IMG/VR virus record: IMGVR_UViG_3300037504_000682
Span: 35,176 to 99,175 of that record
From: a virus
Length of the DNA stretch: 64,000 bases
Direction: 5' to 3' (one strand)
The notes below the pieces were generated by a model, which was given only the letters and a program-made list of their open reading frames with translations, did no database searches and was not told where the DNA came from. Below, in pieces: positions 56,335 to 64,000 of the stretch (positions are counted from its first letter, which is position 1; the number at the start of each line of letters is the position of its first letter). Made by a program: the position numbers and the translations under genes.

Positions 56335-59300
56335 TGCCGACTTACGACATTACCACCGCAGAACAGGATAAGCTCCGGGCCGGCGGCCACAAGAGTATTT
56401 TCTACCTTACCGCCTCCAAGCCGGCCACCCTGCTCACCGCCCAGGTGGCCGATAGCGGCATCGAGCGAGGCGATACCACCATCGCCTTCGACGGCGGGAC
56501 CAGCTCCGACACGAGCCGGATCGTGGAGGGCCTGTCTGTCGAGGTCATCACCTCCGTTGGCACCTACAGCGCCAGGGTGGCCGGCTTCTCCTCCTCCGGC
56601 TCTTCCCCAACCATCACCGGCACGATCACGGTCGACGCCAACTCCATCCCCTGGGAAGACAACGCGGTCCTGACCATTTACGAGGCCTACGACCCCCGGG
56701 TGATACCGCTGACGTTCGACCCGTCGACCGGCGTCTCCACCAAGCGGGGCCAGGTGTTTTCCAACCAGAAACTGCCGCCCCAGGTCAAGGCCGGCTCCCA
56801 CCGGGCCGCCTTCCCCTCCGGAGGGAGCGCCTCTTTCGTCCTGGCCGGCCAGGCGAGGCCGATGCACCCCGGGGCCACCATCACCGGCTGGCTGTGGGAA
56901 TGTACCGGCGGGACAATCGCCAGTCCCACCTCGCAGAACACCACCCTCGACATCTCCACCCCCGGCCAATATTGGCTGTCTCTGACCGCTACCGATAGCA
57001 ACGGCCAGAGCAAACGAACCAGCCGGCGGGTGTGGGTCCCCTCGGCCGATCCGGAAGACAGCACCCATCCCTATACCGACGTGCAGGTCGGCCGGATCAG
57101 CCTGTCGGCCGGCGGGGACGTGCGGGTGAGTGTGAACGTGTCCGGGGTGGCCGATTTTGAAACGTTCGTTGACGGGTCGCTCATTGCCATCTGGCACCGG
57201 GGCTTCTACGGGGCGAGCGAGGAGCACATCAGCCGGATTACCGGCGGGGAGAACCTGTTATTTTCGGGCTACATCTTGAAGGGTACGGTGGTCAAGAACC
57301 GGGAGCACGGCTCAGTCAGCTTCGAGCTGGGTTCGGTCATCTCGGTGATGAAGCAGCTGCCGATGCAGGCCCTTTCGATCCACGCGGAATATAGCCAGGA
57401 CTACTGGTTCCAGATCGACACTCAGTTGACCCTGGAGCGGATGATCTGGTGGCTCATTCACTGGCACTCCAACATCGGCGAGATCGTCGACATCGACCTA
57501 CCGGAAACGACGCTGTACAAAAAGCTCTTCAAATTCAACGAGGGCAGCCTCTTTAGCCAGATCCGCTCCATCGCCGAGAAGGGAGCCTGCCGGGTGGGCT
57601 GCAATAAGGCCGGCCAGATTTTTATCGAGCCGGACATCCAGCTGCTGGACAGCGCCGACCGGGCGGCCGAAACCCATATGATGGAGATCACCACGGCCGA
57701 CCTCAGAGACGAGCTGCGGATCGTCCGCCGGCACCGCAAAGACGTGGCCGTCACTTACGTCGAGGGCTTCCATTACGACGGCGGCAGCCAGATCACCCCG
57801 TATTGCTCCATCGCTCCGACGAAAATCCGGGAGGCGACCGGCTCAGGCAAGCGAACGGCCGACGGGATGATCCTGGCCGACCAGGACCACGCCAATCTGC
57901 TCAGCGGCCGGATAGCGGCCACCGAAAACAATGAGTATGTCGAGATACGGGCCGCTTTCGCCGGCAACTATTCCATCATAGACGTCTTCCCTCAGCGGTG
58001 GTGGACCATCTCCCTGGCCGCCGGCGACACCCTGCGGGGCCTGACCGAGACGGAGCTCAGGCTGGTGCCCCGGGTGGTCGAGCTTGAGCAGGCCGGCGAC
58101 GTGGTGCTGGTCGACGCCGTCTTTGAGTCCGAGGCCTTTGGGCCCGACGGCATCTTTGACCCTTGCCCCTCCTGCGGCGACGTCGATCCGGACCAGACCG
58201 ACAAGCCGGCCTGGCAGGCCGAGGAGGCCCTGGGAGCGCTGGTCGCCTTCAGCAGCATCAACTACCGGGACGACAACGCGGCCGGCTGGGACGAGCTGGA
58301 TACGGAGCCGGTCAACCACGGCGTGGTCGATCCGTACTGGAAGCAGAAGCAAAAGTCTTTGCAGCCATCGAAGGCTATTTTCTGGACGGCCGGGGACGGG
58401 GAGATCGCCTTCTACACCGAAGGGGCTCGCACCCTGCGGACGCCGGCCACCGATCCGCCGGATACCTGGTCGGATGGGCCCGGCCCGTCCGTGGCGGGTC
58501 TGGCCTTCGGCCAGGTCGCCTCCGACATTTTCACCCGGGGCAAACATTACGCTTTCGCCAGCTGGCAAAACGGCGCGAGCGCCTGGCGCGGCTGGCTGGC
58601 GATCACCACAGACGACTGGCTGACGGCCTCCTGGGTCGAGCCCTACGATGGCGTAACCCTGCCGGCGGCCTTAAAGCCCCTGGGGGTGGCGGTCAACGAT
58701 AGCTACATCCTGCTCACCGTCTGGCAAGATAACACCTTAAAGCTCCTGGTCTTTGACCTGGACGGGGTGTATCAGGCCACGCACGCCCTGGGGGCGGCGC
58801 TACTGGCCGAGGTGGCCGATACCTACCACGCCTTCCCGGTGGCCGTGGTCGATGATAGCGACCTATGGCACGTGGCCGGCCGGATGGACGCGCCGGCGGG
58901 CCTGGCCGGGGTACAGCATATCATAAAGACGACCGACGCCGGCTCAAGCTGGCAGTCGGTGGAAGCGAGCTGGGGAGCCGACCGCTGCACCCAGCTGGCC
59001 GTGGCGGCTGAGGCCGGCGGCAGCCGGCTGATGCACGCCGTCCGGCTGGAGACAGACACCGGAATAAGCCAGCCGGTGACGCTCTCCTCCAATCCGCCCC
59101 TGGAGATGGCGGCTCAGAAGCTGACCGACAGCCGGACACTCACGATGCACGTCGAAAATCAGTCGGCACCGAATTTTGACCGGCTGGTCTTCTCCCTGAT
59201 CAACACCTCGGTCGACCCGCCGACCGTACTCGATCAGTCCATCGTCGATCTGGGCAGCGTAGACCACCGGGGCGTAAGCCTGATTTACGCCGATGATAAT

Positions 59301-60182
59301 GGAGCGGTGGCCACCTGGGTCTACGACGACGATCTGGGCAACTACCAGCCCAAAGCGGCCCTTGTAGACTGCACCGATGACACGCTTGGCCTGGCCACGG
59401 TCAACCTGCAATCGGCCGGCACTACCTACATCGGGTGGACCGACGTGGCGCTGCTCACAAACTCCCTGGCCGTGGCCGTCTGGAACACCACGGCCACACT
59501 CTACGGCTGCACTCTGGCCGTCGACCTGGTGGCCCGGACGGTGACGGCCAATACTGACAAAATCATAGAGAATGAAGGCCACGAGCATCCCCAGGTGGCC
59601 AAGGTCAACTCGACCACGGCCTTTGTAGCCTTTCAGTCCGACGATTTCGGCGACGACGCCCAGTTGGCCGGGGTGTCGCTCTACAACTGCGCCGCCTCGT
59701 TTGACGTCGGCACCCGGGTCTATTTTGACGCTCTCATGATCAATGCCTTCGACGCCGGAGCCAACCCCCACTGCGCCGTGCCGGCCGGAGACGGCAAAGT
59801 GCTCGTGGCCTATAACGCCTATGACCAGAATGACCCGGTAAGCTGGGACTACTACATTTTCCTGTGTTGTGTCGGCGTCTCGGGGGCCACCTCCACGCCG
59901 GGAAACATCGAAAAAGCCTCTACAATCGCCAATGGCTATGACTACGCCCCGTCGGTGACGTTCGACCCGGCCCTGAACGATGGCCTGGTAGTGTTCAACG
60001 ACGACGACAACATCCGCCAGACACCGTTTTCAATCTCAGGCACCACCACCACGGCCGGCACCGAAAGCGAGCTGGTGGCCGTGGGCGGCGTGCCTCATTA
60101 CCTCTCCATCGACGGGCCGGCTCCCCGGGTCCTGATGTGGAACGAAGACGCCTCGAATGAGGCCAGGCTGGTGGTACTATGA
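56334..60182 (+). CDS. Large tail tip/baseplate protein with PKD-like and beta-propeller-like regions
   Basis: 1282 aa; W.W...PG.Y..SLTATDSNG; Asp-box TTDAGSSW. Confidence 0.7.
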   Translation: MPTYDITTAEQDKLRAGGHKSIFYLTASKPATLLTAQVADSGIERGDTTIAFDGGTSSDTSRIVEGLSVEVITSVGTYSARVAGFSSSGSSPTITGTITVDANSIPWEDNAVLTIYEAYDPRVIPLTFDPSTGVSTKRGQVFSNQKLPPQVKAGSHRAAFPSGGSASFVLAGQARPMHPGATITGWLWECTGGTIASPTSQNTTLDISTPGQYWLSLTATDSNGQSKRTSRRVWVPSADPEDSTHPYTDVQVGRISLSAGGDVRVSVNVSGVADFETFVDGSLIAIWHRGFYGASEEHISRITGGENLLFSGYILKGTVVKNREHGSVSFELGSVISVMKQLPMQALSIHAEYSQDYWFQIDTQLTLERMIWWLIHWHSNIGEIVDIDLPETTLYKKLFKFNEGSLFSQIRSIAEKGACRVGCNKAGQIFIEPDIQLLDSADRAAETHMMEITTADLRDELRIVRRHRKDVAVTYVEGFHYDGGSQITPYCSIAPTKIREATGSGKRTADGMILADQDHANLLSGRIAATENNEYVEIRAAFAGNYSIIDVFPQRWWTISLAAGDTLRGLTETELRLVPRVVELEQAGDVVLVDAVFESEAFGPDGIFDPCPSCGDVDPDQTDKPAWQAEEALGALVAFSSINYRDDNAAGWDELDTEPVNHGVVDPYWKQKQKSLQPSKAIFWTAGDGEIAFYTEGARTLRTPATDPPDTWSDGPGPSVAGLAFGQVASDIFTRGKHYAFASWQNGASAWRGWLAITTDDWLTASWVEPYDGVTLPAALKPLGVAVNDSYILLTVWQDNTLKLLVFDLDGVYQATHALGAALLAEVADTYHAFPVAVVDDSDLWHVAGRMDAPAGLAGVQHIIKTTDAGSSWQSVEASWGADRCTQLAVAAEAGGSRLMHAVRLETDTGISQPVTLSSNPPLEMAAQKLTDSRTLTMHVENQSAPNFDRLVFSLINTSVDPPTVLDQSIVDLGSVDHRGVSLIYADDNGAVATWVYDDDLGNYQPKAALVDCTDDTLGLATVNLQSAGTTYIGWTDVALLTNSLAVAVWNTTATLYGCTLAVDLVARTVTANTDKIIENEGHEHPQVAKVNSTTAFVAFQSDDFGDDAQLAGVSLYNCAASFDVGTRVYFDALMINAFDAGANPHCAVPAGDGKVLVAYNAYDQNDPVSWDYYIFLCCVGVSGATSTPGNIEKASTIANGYDYAPSVTFDPALNDGLVVFNDDDNIRQTPFSISGTTTTAGTESELVAVGGVPHYLSIDGPAPRVLMWNEDASNEARLVVL

Positions 60183-60412
60183 CCTCTAAATTTTACTATG
60201 GCGATGGCAGTCTCACCGAACGCTCAACCCTGCCGTTTGACCCGAGCGCCATGGCCGTCCGGGACAATGGGCAGGTGGCGCTGGGTAACAGCGTAAGCGC
60301 GGCCACAATGGTTGTGACCGGCTCTACGGCCGATGACTACGCCACCTGGACGGACTACACCGGCGACTACGCCGGCGGGCCGGTGAAAGGCCTGGGGTGG
60401 ATCAATGGCTAA
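60179..60412 (+). CDS. Small tail protein
   Basis: Coupled ORF. Confidence 0.5.
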   Translation: MTSKFYYGDGSLTERSTLPFDPSAMAVRDNGQVALGNSVSAATMVVTGSTADDYATWTDYTGDYAGGPVKGLGWING

Positions 60413-62684
60413 GAGAACGATCAGGGACGCCAAGCTGGCCCGGCGGCAGCACGAGCAGCGCTTTGCCGGAGAGCGGATCGAGACCTATGCGGTCATCGTC
60501 AAGCGCAACGGCTCGACCCAGGTGCCGGGGGTGTACGATCACATCTGGGTGCTGCCTTACGGCGTGGGAGAGCCGGTGGCCGTCTATAACCGCCGGGTGA
60601 AGTCCACCCGGCCAAATACGGCCGTGGCCATCGGCTACGCGCCGGGCTCGACCACCTTGGAGGTGCTCAGGACCGTGATAGACACCACGGCCGGGGTGGT
60701 GCCCACCGGCACCGTGGACCTGCCCAACCACGCTTCCAGCCACTACCCCGACGGGGATGACCCGCTGTATATTTACGGCCGGGCCATCGCCGTGCTTCTC
60801 TGTTATCCTGCCGGGGGGCTCAAGGTCAATGTCGCGCCCTACACCTATGAAAAAGACGGCGCGTTCGTTACGTTTCCAGGGGTGGAGAATTATGACCTGT
60901 CGGCCCACCTGCCGGCGGCCGGCCAGGCCCTGCGGGTGCTGGTGCACCTCAATTTGAGCACCAATCAGATCGGGGCGGTGGCCGGCTCGGCGGTGGTCGA
61001 TAGTGGGGCTATCTTACCGCCGGCTCCGGCCATCCCGGCCGGGGTGCAGGGGGCGGCCCTGGTCCGGCTGGCCGGGGGGCAGTCGGAGCTGGCCGAGAGC
61101 GACTTTTACGAGGCCAGGGATTTTCTGGGCGGCGGGGGTGGGGGCAGCACCCGCTACCCCGGTCCTGGGGAGATTGTGATCGGCACCACCATTTACGCCG
61201 ACCTGGACGCGGCCGAGGCGGCGGCCAGCGCCGGAGACCAGGTCCTGATCGGGCCGGGGACCTACAGCTACACCGGGACGCTGACCTGGCCGGCCGGGGT
61301 GGACGTGCGGGGGGCCGGGGTCGATGTGACGGTCATCCAGTCGCCGGACGGTCGGGGGGTTCAGGTCGAAGATGGGGTTATCTGCGATCTGTCTATCACA
61401 ACTGTCGATCCGGCCAACACGTTTGTCTATCCGCTCTTGACGCTGGTGGGGTCCTGCTATTACTACAACCTGAAACTGACCGGCACCAACTCTGGCTCCG
61501 GAATTATCAACGGCATTTCCACGACCGGCACGGTGACCGGGGTCGGCTCGTTTATCGAAACGAACGTTGACGGAAACGGCCTGGACATCAACAACGGGGC
61601 TGATATGGTGGTGGGGCCGGGAAACATCTCCGGTGGAACCAACGACATATTGGTCCACTCCGGGGCAACGGCCAAGCTGAACTGGCCTCGATGTGCAAAC
61701 AGCGACGTGGTTGTATCCGGTACAGCCACCGGCGTCTACCTCAATGGTGACGGCGTGCCTGTCTTTGGCTTTGCGACACCAAGCGACGGTCAAGCGCTCA
61801 TCTGGAGCGGGGCCAACAGCCGCTGGGAGCCGGGGGCAGCCGGAGGCGGAGCCCACGCGGCCGACCACGTCAGCGGCGGCTCTGACGAGGTTGACGGGGA
61901 CCAGCTCGACATCGACTGGAATCCGGCCAACTACACTCCATCGACCGCGCCGACTGAGGCCACGTCGGTCGACCACCTGACGGCTCACCTGGCGGGGATC
62001 GACGGTGAGCTGGCGGGTATCGGCCAGCCGCCGTTTGATGCCAACGGAAACGCCAGCGGCCTTATCCTGGATGCCGATGGGGACACGAAGCTGGAATCGC
62101 AGTCAGACGACTGGGTTAAATTGTGGATCGGGGGCTCGGTTGAGCTCAATGTAAACTCTGCCGGACTACAGCTACTCACCGGGGCCAGGATTGACCAGGT
62201 TGCCACATCGCTGGTAAACAACCACACCAATGTGCCGACCGGAGCGGCTGTTAAGGCATATGTTGACCCGGCTGTGGGATTTCGGGTTACAAAAACATCC
62301 AGCCAGGAAATCGCTAATGCGACTGATGTAAAAATCACCTGGGAATCAATTGACTTTGACACAGAGTCCGATTTTAGCCTGGCGCTTGAGCGGCACACTC
62401 CCAGCAAAGCAGGGTTGTGGGTCTATATTCTAACACTGCTCTTTCAGGAAAGTGGCAATGGCAAAGAGTTCCAGGCAAAGTTGTACCGAAACGGCGGACT
62501 ATATAAATATATTGCCGAGCAACCGGGCGGGGCTGGCTGGATCACATTTCAAATAATCTCCGTATCGCAGATGAATGGCTCCTCAAATTATATGGAGGCT
62601 TACGCTCGACACACGCTTGGAGCCAATGCCACATTGGCAGCATCGGTGACCTCATTCGAGGGCTTTTACCTGGGGACAATATAA
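60405..62684 (+). CDS. Tail fibre / receptor-binding protein
   Basis: Beta-helix-like GD.VLIGPGTY region; C1q-like C-terminus. Confidence 0.75.
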   Translation: MAKRTIRDAKLARRQHEQRFAGERIETYAVIVKRNGSTQVPGVYDHIWVLPYGVGEPVAVYNRRVKSTRPNTAVAIGYAPGSTTLEVLRTVIDTTAGVVPTGTVDLPNHASSHYPDGDDPLYIYGRAIAVLLCYPAGGLKVNVAPYTYEKDGAFVTFPGVENYDLSAHLPAAGQALRVLVHLNLSTNQIGAVAGSAVVDSGAILPPAPAIPAGVQGAALVRLAGGQSELAESDFYEARDFLGGGGGGSTRYPGPGEIVIGTTIYADLDAAEAAASAGDQVLIGPGTYSYTGTLTWPAGVDVRGAGVDVTVIQSPDGRGVQVEDGVICDLSITTVDPANTFVYPLLTLVGSCYYYNLKLTGTNSGSGIINGISTTGTVTGVGSFIETNVDGNGLDINNGADMVVGPGNISGGTNDILVHSGATAKLNWPRCANSDVVVSGTATGVYLNGDGVPVFGFATPSDGQALIWSGANSRWEPGAAGGGAHAADHVSGGSDEVDGDQLDIDWNPANYTPSTAPTEATSVDHLTAHLAGIDGELAGIGQPPFDANGNASGLILDADGDTKLESQSDDWVKLWIGGSVELNVNSAGLQLLTGARIDQVATSLVNNHTNVPTGAAVKAYVDPAVGFRVTKTSSQEIANATDVKITWESIDFDTESDFSLALERHTPSKAGLWVYILTLLFQESGNGKEFQAKLYRNGGLYKYIAEQPGGAGWITFQIISVSQMNGSSNYMEAYARHTLGANATLAASVTSFEGFYLGTI

Positions 62685-62686
62685 TA

Positions 62687-63316
62687 ATGGAATTAGATAA
62701 AGCTCTCCAAAATATCTACCCAGATATCGAATTTGATCCGTTTGGTGATGTCATCCTCCAGGACGACGGCGACGGACCATACATCGCCCGATGGAATCGG
62801 CCGGAGCCACAGCCGACCGAAGCCGAGCTAGAGCAGGCCTGGACCGACTACCAGGCCGGGGCGCTCGACCGGGCCAAGGTGGCGACCAAGGACCAGATCG
62901 ACCTGGCCGTTGATGCGTTCTGCCAGTCGTTTCTCTCCAAGGGCACCCTGATGCCGGAGCGCTATAAACAGAAGCAGGAGATCATCGAGCCCTGGGCGGC
63001 GGCCACCCAGCAGGAGAGGGAGACCGACAGCCGCTTCAACCTGGTCTGGCGGGAGTTGGCCGCCACCCAGGCGGCCGGGATCACCACCTACGAGATCGCC
63101 GGCCAGCAGTATCCGGTCACCACGGCCGACGAGGTGGTGGCCACCTGGGGGGTGAATAAGGTTTTGTGGTTGGAGACGGTCGTTCCGGAATCGGAGTATA
63201 TCCGGGTCTACTGCGCCAGTCTGGTGAGGTTGGCGGCTTCGGAGGCGGACTGCGAGGCGGCCTACCAGACGTGTCTAACGATGTTGGATGGGTTGGGGCA
63301 GCAGCTGGGGGTGTAG
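62687..63316 (+). CDS. XkdW-like tail fibre assembly protein
   Basis: LQDDGDGPYIARWN.PEPQPTEAEL. Confidence 0.7.
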   Translation: MELDKALQNIYPDIEFDPFGDVILQDDGDGPYIARWNRPEPQPTEAELEQAWTDYQAGALDRAKVATKDQIDLAVDAFCQSFLSKGTLMPERYKQKQEIIEPWAAATQQERETDSRFNLVWRELAATQAAGITTYEIAGQQYPVTTADEVVATWGVNKVLWLETVVPESEYIRVYCASLVRLAASEADCEAAYQTCLTMLDGLGQQLGV

Positions 63317-63323
63317 GCGGGGC

Positions 63324-63354
63324 AAAAGAAAAGCCCCGGCGGGGGCCGGGGCTT
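63324..63354. terminator. Terminator between convergent genes
   Basis: AAGCCCCGGC...GCCGGGGCTT with A run on the left. Confidence 0.7.
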
Positions 63355-63374
63355 GTGGGGGGGCTACGCGGGGG

Positions 63375-63713
63375 TTAGCCAGGGGGAGTCGTTGAGTCTC
63401 CATCTTGATTTAGCAGAAATGAAAAATCGCGTCCGCTTTCGGACTCAATTACAATTGGGTCGGGCTTTAATTTGGCGGATTGTCTCTCCTCCCAGTTTTC
63501 ATCAGTGTAGATTTCAAAATCCTCTGGCCTGCGAAGTGCTTCGGTGTAAAGCTGCCCCATCGCCTCGTCTGCGCTGATCCCATCAGGTCCGGGGTGCGAG
63601 CCCAAAATCACTTGCTCGTGTAATTCTGTGATGGTTTGCTCCCCTGCCGTAGAAATTGCAAAAATATAATAATCTTTGCCATTTACTTCAATCGCTCTTT
63701 GTTTGTTTCCCAT
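63375..63713 (-). CDS. Hypothetical protein (lower GC)
   Basis: 112 aa, RBS. Confidence 0.6.
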   Translation of the reverse strand: MGNKQRAIEVNGKDYYIFAISTAGEQTITELHEQVILGSHPGPDGISADEAMGQLYTEALRRPEDFEIYTDENWEERQSAKLKPDPIVIESESGRDFSFLLNQDGDSTTPPG

Positions 63714-63743
63714 TTTAATCCCCTTTTTTTTAATTTGTTTTGC

Positions 63744-63977
63744 CTACGCGGCCGGGTCGTTCCGGCCTTTATCTGTCAAATCGTCCGCCGCTTTCAGCTC
63801 AGCGGCGATGATTTCCATCAGCCTGTCGCTGCGCACCACTCGCCGAAGGAGCGCCCGCCAGGTGGGCTCCCCGGCCGTCTGGCCGGCGGTGGCTACGGAG
63901 CCGGTGGCAGCGGCCAGGTCGTCCAGCCGCTGCCAATCCTCCGGAGCGAGCGTGGTGCTACGTCGCTCTTGTGGCAT
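63744..63977 (-). CDS. Hypothetical protein
   Basis: 77 aa, GAGG RBS. Confidence 0.6.
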   Translation of the reverse strand: MPQERRSTTLAPEDWQRLDDLAAATGSVATAGQTAGEPTWRALLRRVVRSDRLMEIIAAELKAADDLTDKGRNDPAA

Positions 63978-64000
63978 CGGATTACCTCAATAGGTAGGCG

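Larger units (their letters stand above)
1..64000. mobile_element. Temperate tailed (siphovirus-like) phage genome segment; neither end visible
   Basis: Integrase + att + repressor, replication genes, terminase, portal, MuF, capsid, tail tube, tape measure, tail fibre; no host housekeeping genes. Confidence 0.95.

Noticed and set aside
60405-62684. Diversity-generating retroelement or shufflon at the tail fibre
   Set aside because: No reverse transcriptase, template repeat or inverted cassettes seen in window

Overview
The window is most of a GC-rich temperate siphovirus-like phage genome. It runs: leftward replication/DNA-modification arm (1-8.1 kb); tyrosine integrase, tRNA-Leu(TAG)-derived attP and XRE repressor (8.3-9.9 kb); rightward early operon with AAA ATPase, DHH-type enzymes and a MoxR/VWA pair (10.8-21 kb); terminase, portal and a giant MuF fusion (21.7-34 kb); an accessory block (34-43.7 kb); and head/tail genes to the tail fibre (44-63.3 kb). 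A Chloroflexota-like host is a weak inference. Main observations: (1) A cas-less type I-E mini-CRISPR array whose third spacer matches this phage's own integrase at 25/32 nt, mostly with synonymous differences, suggesting it targets a sibling phage competing for the same att site. (2) Two unexplained non-coding arrays of a ~48-bp dyad element bracket the packaging/MuF module. (3) A 1454-aa MuF protein carries Nudix, kinase-like and ADP-ribosyltransferase-like modules and has a separately promoted candidate immunity gene. (4) A C5 methyltransferase is split over two almost fully overlapping reading frames. All functional calls come from motif recognition by eye; no database searches were run.
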